A stretch of 64,000 nucleotides of DNA from Candidatus Scalinduaceae bacterium (GTDB lineage: Bacteria > Planctomycetota > Brocadiia > Brocadiales > Scalinduaceae). Where the stretch lies: positions 1 through 64,000 of the forward strand of contig JBHICG010000003.1 of NCBI GenBank assembly GCA_046759445.1, given 5' to 3'. The position numbers were made by a program, and so were the translations under genes. Within the stretch, counting starts at the first letter, position 1; every line of letters starts with the position of its first letter. Shown piece after piece: positions 28,553 to 38,121 of the stretch. Below the pieces are notes generated by a model, which saw only the letters and a program-made list of their open reading frames with translations, was not told where the DNA came from and ran no database searches.

Positions 28553-28587
28553 GTCTAAAAAAACTACGATTGGTTTAAAAAGACTAC
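28553..28587. promoter_or_regulatory. Paired enhancer boxes upstream of fliF
   Basis: GTCTAAAAAAACTAC-N5-GTTTAAAAAGACTAC; the same element is upstream of fliO. Confidence 0.7.
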
Positions 28588-28726
28588 TATTTTAATCATT
28601 CGGATTATTTTAAGAGATTGCATACTCTTACTTTATGTGAAAAGATTTAGTAAGGTTTGTTTATTCTTAAACATCTTATGTGGTTCAATTAAATAGAAAT
28701 AGAGCTAAAACAAAATAAATGTCTTG

Positions 28727-28742
28727 TGGTATATAATTTGCG
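28727..28742 (+). promoter_or_regulatory. sigma54 promoter of the fliF operon
   Basis: TGGTATATAATTTGCG. Confidence 0.8.
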
Positions 28743-28802
28743 AAATTTACTATTTGACATAAACGAAGCAATTATTTTACCCGTTTTTAATGAGAGTATA
28801 AA

Positions 28803-30368
28803 TTGAGTCAGATAATAGAACAGATTGGTAATATATGGCAAGGTTCAAATTCAGCACAAAAGCTAATGTTTGTTGTTTTAGCATTAGGATTAGCGCTTGG
28901 CTTATTAGGAATTACATATTGGGTTCAGAAGCCAGAATATGCTCTTTTGTATAGTGACTTGAATCAAAAAGAAGCCGCTGATATTGTGGCAAATTTAAGA
29001 GATAATAAAGTACCTTACGAGTTGAGAGACAAAGGATCGACTATAATGGTGCCTAGTAATAAAGTATATGAACTAAGGATGACACTGGCTAAAAATGGTT
29101 TGCCAGGAGGGAGTGTTGGTTTTGAGATATTTGATAAAGTTAAATTTGGTATGTCAGATTTGGCTCAAAAGGTTAATTATAGAAGAGCCCTTCAAGGTGA
29201 ATTATCTAAAACCATATCAAGCCTGCAAGGAGTTGAAATGGCAAGTGTTCAAATAGTTATTCCGGAACCTTCATTATTCATAGAGGACAAAAAGCCTTCA
29301 ACGGCCTCAGTTATTTTAAAAACAAGAAATGGATATAACCTTAAACCCTTACAAATAGCGGGTATTACACACTTTGTTAGTGCAAGTGTTGAAGGATTGA
29401 GTCCTGAGAACGTTACAATAGCTGATAATAAAGGTAATTTATTAACCAGAGCTGGGGATTCAGCATTATCGGGAACGATTACAAATCAGTTAGATCTGAA
29501 AAAGCAAATAGAAGATTATTATGCGTCAAAGGCGTTAAGTATAGTAGAAAAGATTACGGGTTCAGGCAAGGCAATTGTAAAGGCAAGTGTGGATTTAGAT
29601 TTCAAACATATTGATGAAAAACAAATAGAATACGATCATGAAAACAAGGTGCCTATAAGTCAGACAATTACCACTCAATCGACTGAGATGCCACAGATGT
29701 TAGAAGCCGAAGAAGGTAAGAGTCAACTTGAAAGCTCAAAAGAAAAGGAGGAAACGGAGACAACACAATATGCAATTAGCAAAATAGAGCGAGCTGTTTC
29801 TGAACATGTAGCAAGTGTTAAAAGATTGACTGTTGCCGTTCTTATAGACGGGAGATACGAGGAAGAAAAAATGGAAGATGGCACGATAAATAAAAAATTT
29901 ATAGAAAGGCCTAAAGAAGAATTAGACCAGATTGCCGCCATCATTAAACAAGCAATTGGTCTTAATGAATCACCTCCAAGAAATGATAAATTTGAAATTC
30001 AGAGTATTCGTTTTCGAGGTCGTGAACCTGTTTTCATAGACGAGGAAAGTATTGAAAAGGAAAACAAAAGAGAATTTATGTTGGCAATTGTTAAGAACGG
30101 TTCTTTGGCAGTAGCTATTATTGCCTTTCTAATATTTGTCTTAAAGGCTTTGAAGCGAATGTCAAATTCCCAATTAGGATATGCCACATATGCGCCTAAT
30201 GAGCTTCAGGATGATTATAGCGAGAGTGATGATTTAGCAATGAAGGAAAGGCGTAGTAAGGAAGATAAAAAGAGGTTATCATTAAGGGATAATATAATCA
30301 ATAATACGAAAGAAGATCCTAAAACTACAGGTAATCTTATCAGAAAGTGGATGAGAGAGGGTGATTAA
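28803..30368 (+). CDS. fliF: MS-ring protein FliF
   Basis: Two TMs, GFEIFD, RALQGELSKTI, ASVIL, RLTVAVLIDG. Confidence 0.97.
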   Translation: MSQIIEQIGNIWQGSNSAQKLMFVVLALGLALGLLGITYWVQKPEYALLYSDLNQKEAADIVANLRDNKVPYELRDKGSTIMVPSNKVYELRMTLAKNGLPGGSVGFEIFDKVKFGMSDLAQKVNYRRALQGELSKTISSLQGVEMASVQIVIPEPSLFIEDKKPSTASVILKTRNGYNLKPLQIAGITHFVSASVEGLSPENVTIADNKGNLLTRAGDSALSGTITNQLDLKKQIEDYYASKALSIVEKITGSGKAIVKASVDLDFKHIDEKQIEYDHENKVPISQTITTQSTEMPQMLEAEEGKSQLESSKEKEETETTQYAISKIERAVSEHVASVKRLTVAVLIDGRYEEEKMEDGTINKKFIERPKEELDQIAAIIKQAIGLNESPPRNDKFEIQSIRFRGREPVFIDEESIEKENKREFMLAIVKNGSLAVAIIAFLIFVLKALKRMSNSQLGYATYAPNELQDDYSESDDLAMKERRSKEDKKRLSLRDNIINNTKEDPKTTGNLIRKWMREGD

Positions 30369-31315
30369 TGGTAGAAGATCTTTCAAGAAAGGAAAAAGTT
30401 GCAATACTCCTTTTAAATCTGGGTGCAGAAGCAGCCGGTGATATCCTTGGAACCTTTGGAGAGAACGAGATTGCGGAGATTAGCGATATTATATCAAGGA
30501 TGAGTAATGTTGATAAAAAAACCTCTACGCAAGTACTTGATGAGTTTTTAAAGCAGCATGAGTCATGGCGCCACAGCGAACAATTAATAGATGTTATTAA
30601 GGATCACAAGCCAAATATTATACCTTTCAGATCCTTCAGGCATCTTACAAATGAAGAAATTATGTCTATACTTACTGGAGAACATCCACAGCTAATTGCA
30701 TTAGTATTGTCCTATCTTGATCCTCAGAAGTCTGCAGATGTTGTTTCTATGTTAACTGATGAATTGAGAGCAGACATAATAAACAGAATGGCTATTGCTT
30801 CGCCACCTCCGATTCAAATAATTAAACAAATAGATGAACTATTAGAGGCGAAGGTTATGTCGTTAGGAGACAGGTTAGATACACCAAACGAAAGAAAATA
30901 CAGGACAATTGCGGAAATACTTAATCGCACGGATTCTACAACAGAGAAAACAATTATGCGGCGTATCAAGGAGGAAGACCCCGGTATTGCACACGAGATA
31001 AAAACACTCATGTTTGTATTCGAGGATATCTCAAAAGTAGAAGATAAGGCATTAAGGAAAGTGTTGAGTGAGACAAATAGCACTGTTATTGCCTTGTGTT
31101 TGAAAACTGCTAGTGAGGATGTTCAAAATAAGATATTCAAAAACATGTCTAAACGTATGGGCGACATGGTCAGAGAAGAACAAGAATTGTTGGGGCCAAA
31201 ACCCTTAGCCGAAGTAGAGGCGGCACAGAAGGAAATAGTTGATAGTCTTAGCAAAATGGAGGCACAGGGAGAAACGGTAAGGAATAAATCTAATGACTCT
31301 GGGCCAATGGTATGA
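30368..31315 (+). CDS. fliG: Motor switch protein FliG
   Basis: KVAILLL, EHPQLIALVLSYL, MFVFEDI, NMSKR. Confidence 0.96.
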   Translation: MVEDLSRKEKVAILLLNLGAEAAGDILGTFGENEIAEISDIISRMSNVDKKTSTQVLDEFLKQHESWRHSEQLIDVIKDHKPNIIPFRSFRHLTNEEIMSILTGEHPQLIALVLSYLDPQKSADVVSMLTDELRADIINRMAIASPPPIQIIKQIDELLEAKVMSLGDRLDTPNERKYRTIAEILNRTDSTTEKTIMRRIKEEDPGIAHEIKTLMFVFEDISKVEDKALRKVLSETNSTVIALCLKTASEDVQNKIFKNMSKRMGDMVREEQELLGPKPLAEVEAAQKEIVDSLSKMEAQGETVRNKSNDSGPMV

Positions 31316-31938
31316 GTAGAAAAACTATTTATAAATTGCCAATTATTGAAAAGACAATGGTTCTGGAATCTAAAATTTCAGCAAAACTGTTGGATTGTAA
31401 CAATGATGAAAATAAAAATAAGGAAATATTAGAAACTCTATCTCGTGAATCATATCAAAGGGGTTACGACGATGCGCTTAAAAAGACACAAAATGATGTT
31501 GAACATATATGTCAAAGCTTAAAGAAAGCAATTGAAGTTTTAAAGTGTGAAAGAAATACTATTTGGGAACAATGTGAGCATGAAATTATCAAACTTGCTT
31601 TGGCAATAACAAAAAAAGCCGTATATCATGAAATCTCTAAGGATAGCAGCAAGATAATTGAGAGGGTTGTAGCAGAATCGATTAACAAGGTTAAGGAAAG
31701 TAAGATTTTAAAGATTCATTTGAATCCTGTAGATATCGAAGGATTAAGAAGGCAGAAAACAACTGAATTCATGAAAGTTAATGAAGACTATGAGCTAGTC
31801 AGTGATACTAATATTACCTCTGGAGGATGTAAGGTTGTTACAGATTTTGGGAACGTTGATGCTAGGCTGGAAACGCGCTGGAGCGAGATAAAAGAAGCTT
31901 TAGGGGTAGATAATCCAGAAGAGGATTATGCAGAATGA
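31312..31938 (+). CDS. fliH: Export protein FliH
   Basis: IHLNPVD...GGCKVVTDFGNVDA; between fliG and fliI. Confidence 0.9.
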   Translation: MSRKTIYKLPIIEKTMVLESKISAKLLDCNNDENKNKEILETLSRESYQRGYDDALKKTQNDVEHICQSLKKAIEVLKCERNTIWEQCEHEIIKLALAITKKAVYHEISKDSSKIIERVVAESINKVKESKILKIHLNPVDIEGLRRQKTTEFMKVNEDYELVSDTNITSGGCKVVTDFGNVDARLETRWSEIKEALGVDNPEEDYAE

Positions 31939-33302
31939 AAGAAAAAGAAGAACTACTAGTAAAGTATCATCATAGACTTAAACGCTTAGATACTATGAGA
32001 CTGACAGGATCACTTTCTAGGTCAACCAGTTTGTTAATGGAATCTTTGGGACCTGAAGTGCCAGTTGGAGAATTATGCAAATTGACAACAAAAACTTATA
32101 ATAAATCTGTACTTGCAGAGGTAGTTGGTTTTAAAGACAAGAGAACATTATTAATGCCAATTGGGGATACAAATGGCATTAGTCCTAAAAGTGAGGTGAT
32201 TGCTACCGGGCAACCACTAAATATAAAACTTGGCACTTCATTGACAGGCAGGATTCTTGATGGATTGGGTAATCCTATGGATAACAAAGGGCCATTTCAT
32301 TACGATGAAATTAGACCGGTATATAGTCAGCCTCCTGCACCGCTTGAGCGGCGTCTAATTACTGAATATATTAGTACAGGTGTCAGGGCTATTGACGGCT
32401 TACTTACGTGTGGAAAGGGCCAAAGGTTAGGAATATTTGCTGGTAGCGGAGTGGGAAAAAGTACACTTTTGGGAAAGATTGCCAGATCTTCCATGGCAGA
32501 CGTAAATGTGATTGCCTTAATAGGTGAACGGGGAAGAGAGGTGCGTGAGTTTATTGAGCATAATTTGGGTGAGGAGGGGTTAAAGAAATCTGTAGTAGTT
32601 GTGGTAACTTCTGATAAACCAGTAATAGTAAGATTAAAAGGGGGATTTGTTGCGACGACTATAGCTGAATTTTTTAGAGATTTAGGTATGGATGTGATGT
32701 TGTTAGTGGATTCAATTACCAGGTTTGCGAATGCGCAACGAGAAATAGGTCTGGCTATAGGTGAACCTCCTACTACAAGAGGTTATACACCTTCTGTATT
32801 CTCTTTGCTCCCAAAATTGCTGGAAAGGCCTGGCCCAACTTCAAAAGGAAGTATTACGGCAATGTATACTGTGCTGGTTGAAGGAGACGATTTTAATGAA
32901 CCTGTCTCTGATACAGTCCGTGCCATATTGGATGGACATATTGTTCTTTCAAGAAAGATAGCTGCACAAAACCATTATCCAGCAATAGATGTCCTTAATA
33001 GTGTTAGTAGATGTATGATAGATATTGTATCGTCAGAGCATACGAAAACGGCTCAGAGGTTGAAGACAACGTATGCAATTTATAAGGATGCAGAGGACAT
33101 GATAAATGTGGGTGCTTATGCAGAGGGGAAGAATCGTAAGATTGATTATGCAATAAAAATGATTGATAAAATAACAGAATATCTTCAACAGGATATTCAT
33201 GAGCAAAGTAATTTTAAAGAGGATATTGATAGATTGAAGGATTTGATGACAGATATTGATGAAGAAGGCGTAAGAAAAAAAGCCGCAGCAATGAGATCTT
33301 AG
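31935..33302 (+). CDS. fliI: Export ATPase FliI
   Basis: AGSGVGKSTLL, GERGREV, DSITRFA, LDGHIVLSR. Confidence 0.98.
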   Translation: MKEKEELLVKYHHRLKRLDTMRLTGSLSRSTSLLMESLGPEVPVGELCKLTTKTYNKSVLAEVVGFKDKRTLLMPIGDTNGISPKSEVIATGQPLNIKLGTSLTGRILDGLGNPMDNKGPFHYDEIRPVYSQPPAPLERRLITEYISTGVRAIDGLLTCGKGQRLGIFAGSGVGKSTLLGKIARSSMADVNVIALIGERGREVREFIEHNLGEEGLKKSVVVVVTSDKPVIVRLKGGFVATTIAEFFRDLGMDVMLLVDSITRFANAQREIGLAIGEPPTTRGYTPSVFSLLPKLLERPGPTSKGSITAMYTVLVEGDDFNEPVSDTVRAILDGHIVLSRKIAAQNHYPAIDVLNSVSRCMIDIVSSEHTKTAQRLKTTYAIYKDAEDMINVGAYAEGKNRKIDYAIKMIDKITEYLQQDIHEQSNFKEDIDRLKDLMTDIDEEGVRKKAAAMRS

Positions 33303-33335
33303 GCATTTGTTTGTTTTTATGGTTAATAAGAGAAA

Positions 33336-33800
33336 ATGCAAAAATATCATTTCAAATTGCAACCATTGCTTGATAAGGAGTTAATTTATGAGGATAAATG
33401 TGTACGAAGCATGAAAAAACTTCAAGATGAATTTCTGGATACTAAAGACAAATTAGAAAAACTTGTGAAGCATGTAATTAAATACCAAAAAGAGCTAAAG
33501 ATTAAGAAGGAGCATCAAATAAGTCCCTCAGAATTAAAGTTATATGAAGACTATTTTTTAAGACTTGATAAAGAAACTATTAACCGAAAATATACGTTGA
33601 AAGAAAACAAAAAAAAACTAGAAACTGCTCAAACGAAATTATTAAAGATTGTTAAAAGGAGAAAGGCCTTAGAAAAGCTTAAGGAGAGAGGAATGGAAGA
33701 GCACAGAAACAACCTGGCTTTATTGCTGAATAAGGAAATGGATGACATAGCAATGTTGAAATTCATTAATAGCAGGGGCGTAAACGCCATATATCATTGA
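33336..33800 (+). CDS. fliJ: Export chaperone FliJ
   Basis: YHFKLQPLL...KALEKLKE...EMDD coiled coil after fliI. Confidence 0.88.
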   Translation: MQKYHFKLQPLLDKELIYEDKCVRSMKKLQDEFLDTKDKLEKLVKHVIKYQKELKIKKEHQISPSELKLYEDYFLRLDKETINRKYTLKENKKKLETAQTKLLKIVKRRKALEKLKERGMEEHRNNLALLLNKEMDDIAMLKFINSRGVNAIYH

Positions 33801-33913
33801 GTATTAAGTTTAATAAGGTTGAAAGTTGAAAATGTATTTTACTTTTGAGTTTCACAAATATGGCTGTAACTCTTTTACATTAATTTTGTGTTAAGTAGAT
33901 ATATATAAGGTAA

Positions 33914-34825
33914 TTGATTATGTCTTATTTTAAAAAGTTTTTATCTTACATAATTTTCTTCTTTATCACATTTTCTTTATCTTTTTTTGTGATGATGTTT
34001 TTAAAAGAAAGAATTACTAGTGAACTAAGAGGAAAATATGCTAAGCAATTAGAAAAAAATAATGAGAAAACCATAGAGCAATCTGAGTCAAAGGAGTTCT
34101 TGAGGATGTTCAGGCAATTGTCTTCTGAGGAGATTAATGAATTTCTCTCAGAACTTAAGCAAAGGATAGATTTATATGAGAATAAGACCGGATTGCTTAG
34201 TAAAAAGGAAAAGGAGATAGATTCATTCAAATCAGATTTAGAAAATCAGAAAAAAGAACTCGTTTCTATAAGAGAGAAGTTGTCCAAATCATTGTTATTA
34301 ATAAGTAAGGAAAGGATCGCCCTTGATAATGACCTTATTTTGTTTGATAAAAATGAAAGAAAAACCCTGAAACGTATAGCTGATATTTATGCATCTATGG
34401 AGGCGCCTAAATCGGCAGTGGTTTTGAGTCAGCTAAATACTAAGACAGGCGCCAAGATCTTGTCCAGTATGCCTTCAAAAAAGTCTGCTATAGTTCTAGC
34501 GGAAATTAATCCTACAGGAGCAGCAAAGCTTATTGAACAAATGAAAAAGTTGGAAATATTAAATCAAACTGCAGGAGAATCACTTAAGCAAAGGAACCTT
34601 AAGAAACTTGCCTTAATCTATCAGGTAATGGAAGTGGACAAAGCCGTAACTATCATAGATAAGCTGGATGAGGAAACTAAAGTTAATATCCTATCATATA
34701 TGAATGAAAAAAAATTAGCTAAGATATTAGAGTTTATGAAAGCAGAAGAGGCATCAAAATTAACTGAAAAGATTAGAAGCAAGATTAAGGAAAGAGAAAT
34801 GTCCAAAAACCAGAAAAATGCATAG
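33914..34825 (+). CDS. MotE/FlbB-like (MgtE-N-like) flagellar protein
   Basis: N-terminal TM, coiled coil, two IYxxMxxxKA...IL..M...K.A.IL modules. Confidence 0.7.
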   Translation: MIMSYFKKFLSYIIFFFITFSLSFFVMMFLKERITSELRGKYAKQLEKNNEKTIEQSESKEFLRMFRQLSSEEINEFLSELKQRIDLYENKTGLLSKKEKEIDSFKSDLENQKKELVSIREKLSKSLLLISKERIALDNDLILFDKNERKTLKRIADIYASMEAPKSAVVLSQLNTKTGAKILSSMPSKKSAIVLAEINPTGAAKLIEQMKKLEILNQTAGESLKQRNLKKLALIYQVMEVDKAVTIIDKLDEETKVNILSYMNEKKLAKILEFMKAEEASKLTEKIRSKIKEREMSKNQKNA

Positions 34826-34900
34826 ATTGCATTCCTAAAGTTACCGAATATTAATAAATTTAAAACTCAATTTGGGTCAAGGATTTTCAAAAAGATAACG

Positions 34901-35047
34901 GGGGTATGCACTTGACTGACCCAATTAAATCGTAAGCACTTGAAAAATAATTAGTTAAGGTGTTTTAGGCCGATTGTCAAATTATTACCATTAAGTTATG
35001 CATGATCAATATCTTATGGAAATTTTAGGTCAGCCAAGTGAATCCCC
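34901..35047. mobile_element. 147-bp MITE-like element upstream of motA
   Basis: TIRs GGGGTATGCACTTGACTGACC / GGTCAGCCAAGTGAATCCCC; AAAGATAA on both flanks. Confidence 0.65.
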
Positions 35048-35080
35048 TTAAAGATAAATTAACAAGTAGGAGTAAATAGT

Positions 35081-35887
35081 ATGGATGTTGCAACACCTGC
35101 AGGAATGTTAATTGGTTTTGTTTTGCTAATAATGGGTATTATTTTGGGTGGAGGAGTATCCGGTATATCCGCATTTATAAATATTCCTTCATTACTTATT
35201 GTTGTTGGTGGGACTATTGCTGCTACGCTTGTCAGGTATCCTTTAGAAAAGGTTATAGGATTGATGGGTATTGTTATGAAAACTATATTCTTTAAATTGT
35301 CTACACCTCAAGCTGAGATGCAGAGGTTAGTGGGATACGCCAAGCTTGCGCGAAGAGAAGGACTGTTGGCTTTAGAGAACAAAATTTCTGATACCAAGGA
35401 TGCCTTTCTTGCAAAAGCTATTCAGTTATTGGTTGATGGGACCGATGCTGATGGACTTCGTTCAATACTCGAAAAAGAAGTTGATAATATAAGTCAGAGA
35501 CATTCTATAGGGAAAGGCATTTTAGAGTCAATGGGGGCAGTGTTACCGGCATTTGGAATGATGGGTACGTTGATAGGATTGGTTTTAATGCTTCAGGAAC
35601 TAGAAGATCCTTCGAAAATAGGAGTAGGTATGGCCACGGCACTTATAACTACATTTTATGGTGTTTTGTTGGCAAATTTAGTATGTCTGCCAATGGGCGG
35701 AAAACTTGATCTAAGGTCAAAAGAGGAAAGACTGCTGAAAGAGTTAATAGTTGAAGGAGTTGTGGCAATACAATCTGGAGATAATCCAAATATTGTTGAA
35801 GAAAAACTAAAGGGTTTCCTTGCTCCAGCTCAAAGAAGAGAAAAGAAATTAGAGGATGTAAAAGAAAAGATAAGGGAAAAGCAATAA
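35081..35887 (+). CDS. motA: Stator protein MotA/PomA
   Basis: ARREGLLALE, PAFGMMGTLIGL, ALITTFYG, GDNP. Confidence 0.96.
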   Translation: MDVATPAGMLIGFVLLIMGIILGGGVSGISAFINIPSLLIVVGGTIAATLVRYPLEKVIGLMGIVMKTIFFKLSTPQAEMQRLVGYAKLARREGLLALENKISDTKDAFLAKAIQLLVDGTDADGLRSILEKEVDNISQRHSIGKGILESMGAVLPAFGMMGTLIGLVLMLQELEDPSKIGVGMATALITTFYGVLLANLVCLPMGGKLDLRSKEERLLKELIVEGVVAIQSGDNPNIVEEKLKGFLAPAQRREKKLEDVKEKIREKQ

Positions 35888-35890
35888 AAT

Positions 35891-36604
35891 ATGGAAGAAG
35901 AAAGCAAGGGTGACCCTAACGCATGGGTGGTGGCATTTGGAGATTTAATTACTTTATTGATGACATTCTTTGTATTAATAATTTCTATGAGCACAATTAA
36001 AATGGATAAGATTGTAGAGGTAATAAATAACAATGAGGGTTTTGGCGATAGTATTTTTCGTGCCGACCTTAAGGAAACAGGTGTATTTAATGAGAAAATT
36101 ATGAGTAAAATGAATTTCTTGGTTGACAAAGGCGAGCTTCCTGCACCCGTAAATAACTTAGACTTGGTAAATGAGGCAATGATTGTCTTTATAAGTGAAA
36201 ATGAGTTGGTAAGGGTAATAGATCTAGAAATGACTAAAAAAGGGTTCATAATTAGAATAAGAGCTGATATTCTTTTTGAACCAGGGCTGGCAAGGTTAAA
36301 AGAAGAATATTTATTTTTATTGGATAAGATAGCTGAATTGTTAAGTATGGTGACAAACGATGTTAGAATCGACGGACATACTGATGATCGTTATTCTGAT
36401 GATGATTACGCTAACCATAAACTTTCCATTGAAAGGGCTACAAGTGTTTGCAGTTATTTTATTGAGGAAGGAATGCTCTCTCCTTCCCGCTTTGGAGTTG
36501 CAGGATATGGCGGAAACAAGCCTTACCTGCCCAATATTAGTGAAGAGAATCGAGCTAAAAACAGGAGAGTGGAAATAATAATAAAGGAAAAGGCTGAAAG
36601 ATGA
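35891..36604 (+). CDS. motB: Stator protein MotB/PomB
   Basis: WVVAFGDLITLLMTFFVL TM with the conserved Asp; OmpA-like GHTD, LSIERA, NRRVEI. Confidence 0.95.
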   Translation: MEEESKGDPNAWVVAFGDLITLLMTFFVLIISMSTIKMDKIVEVINNNEGFGDSIFRADLKETGVFNEKIMSKMNFLVDKGELPAPVNNLDLVNEAMIVFISENELVRVIDLEMTKKGFIIRIRADILFEPGLARLKEEYLFLLDKIAELLSMVTNDVRIDGHTDDRYSDDDYANHKLSIERATSVCSYFIEEGMLSPSRFGVAGYGGNKPYLPNISEENRAKNRRVEIIIKEKAER

Positions 36605-37377
36605 GCGAGGATAAAAATACAAATGTAATTGATACACGAGCAAATACCGTAATTGGGAAGACAACATCGGTTCTTAGCAAATTGTTGAAGAAAAAGAAGA
36701 CTGATAATAAACCTCCAACCACGGATATGTTATCTTTTGCGTCAATCATGACAATCCTTTTAGCGTTTTTTATTATGTTATCTACATATGCTGGCAGGCC
36801 CAAAGATGAGCTTGCAAAAGAAGCAGTAGAATCTTTTAAAGGGGCGCTAAAGAATTTTGGACTAAGTAGGATCATAGACGGCAGTAGTGATTCCATAATG
36901 AATCTTCAACTTACATTAAGAAACTTTGGTATAAAATCCAAAAATGAGCAGTCGGAAACATTTGCGAATTTGATAGATAAGGAAATTGAAGTTGAGTACG
37001 AACGTAATGGGCGTCAATTAATCTTTCCCACGAATATTGATTTCGTAAAAGGAGGATTGGAACTTTCTCCTTCAAGCAAGGCTTATCTCAACAACTTAAC
37101 GACAATTATTAAAGATAGAGATTGCGAGGTTGCTGTATTTAGTTATTCGGACAAGGGCTTTGTTTCAACGGAAGATTATCCTACAAGCTGGCAATATTCA
37201 GCTGAACGCGCTGCTGTGGTTACAAGTTATCTTAATAAAACAGGGGGTATTGATTATAAAAGAATGACTGCTGTAGGGTATGGGAAATACCAGCCATTAT
37301 TAGGAGAAGAATCATCTTTTAATGCTGAAGCAAACAATAGGATAAATATAATAGTATCTTATAAAGAAGGATATTGA
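36601..37377 (+). CDS. Second MotB-like protein lacking the TM aspartate
   Basis: LSFASIMTILLAFFIML TM; degenerate OmpA-like domain (SAERA, GYGKYQP, NNRINI). Confidence 0.85.
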   Translation: MSEDKNTNVIDTRANTVIGKTTSVLSKLLKKKKTDNKPPTTDMLSFASIMTILLAFFIMLSTYAGRPKDELAKEAVESFKGALKNFGLSRIIDGSSDSIMNLQLTLRNFGIKSKNEQSETFANLIDKEIEVEYERNGRQLIFPTNIDFVKGGLELSPSSKAYLNNLTTIIKDRDCEVAVFSYSDKGFVSTEDYPTSWQYSAERAAVVTSYLNKTGGIDYKRMTAVGYGKYQPLLGEESSFNAEANNRINIIVSYKEGY

Positions 37378-37414
37378 ATCGTAGTATTGAAATTGAAACT
37401 AAAGGAGACATATC

Positions 37415-38119
37415 ATTTTTAAGAAAAAGAAAAAAGAAACAAAAGCTGACCAAGACGTTAAACAGGAAGTTGATGTAGTTGCAACTGAAAAAGTTGAGAA
37501 CACTAAAACTGATAAAAAAAGTGTTGTTAATATTAACCTGAAGACTACATTAATTATGTCTGTAATTGCCATAATCTCTATAGTATGCTCTTTTGTATTT
37601 GTAACAAAGTTATCTACACCTTTTGGGGAATATGACTTTGAAACGCAAGACGTAGGTAGCGCATATACTACCGAAGAGACTATTGGTGTACAAGGGGAAG
37701 ATACAAAAATTGAATCAAAAAAGAAGAAGAAAAGTGCTAAAGAAACAGAGAGCAAAAGCGCTGAAAAGAGCGGCGTTAAAAATAATAATGAAGAGATAAA
37801 GAATGCACAGGATAAATTTATTATTATGCCGATGGAAAAAATCGTTGTTAATCTTGGAGGTGTAGATGGCAGGAGATATCTAAGGGTTCAGATCAATATG
37901 GAGATAAAAAACGAGGAGTCGCAAAATATCGTAAATAAAAATATGGTGATATTAAGGGATAAAATGATTTCTTTTCTTACGATAAAGACTACAAATGAGA
38001 TAGAAATGGGAGGTGATCTGTTTAAATTGCGGTTAGAAATAAAAAACATTCTAAATAAACTTTTAGGATCTAATGACATTATTAAACAAATATACTTTTC
38101 TGACTTTATTGTACAATAA
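37415..38119 (+). CDS. fliL: FliL (start probably upstream of the tracked ATG at 37556)
   Basis: IVVNL...RYLRV...LRDKMI...IYFSDFIVQ; frame open from ATT at 37415 behind AAAGGAG. Confidence 0.9.
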   Translation: MFKKKKKETKADQDVKQEVDVVATEKVENTKTDKKSVVNINLKTTLIMSVIAIISIVCSFVFVTKLSTPFGEYDFETQDVGSAYTTEETIGVQGEDTKIESKKKKKSAKETESKSAEKSGVKNNNEEIKNAQDKFIIMPMEKIVVNLGGVDGRRYLRVQINMEIKNEESQNIVNKNMVILRDKMISFLTIKTTNEIEMGGDLFKLRLEIKNILNKLLGSNDIIKQIYFSDFIVQ

Positions 38120-38121
38120 CT

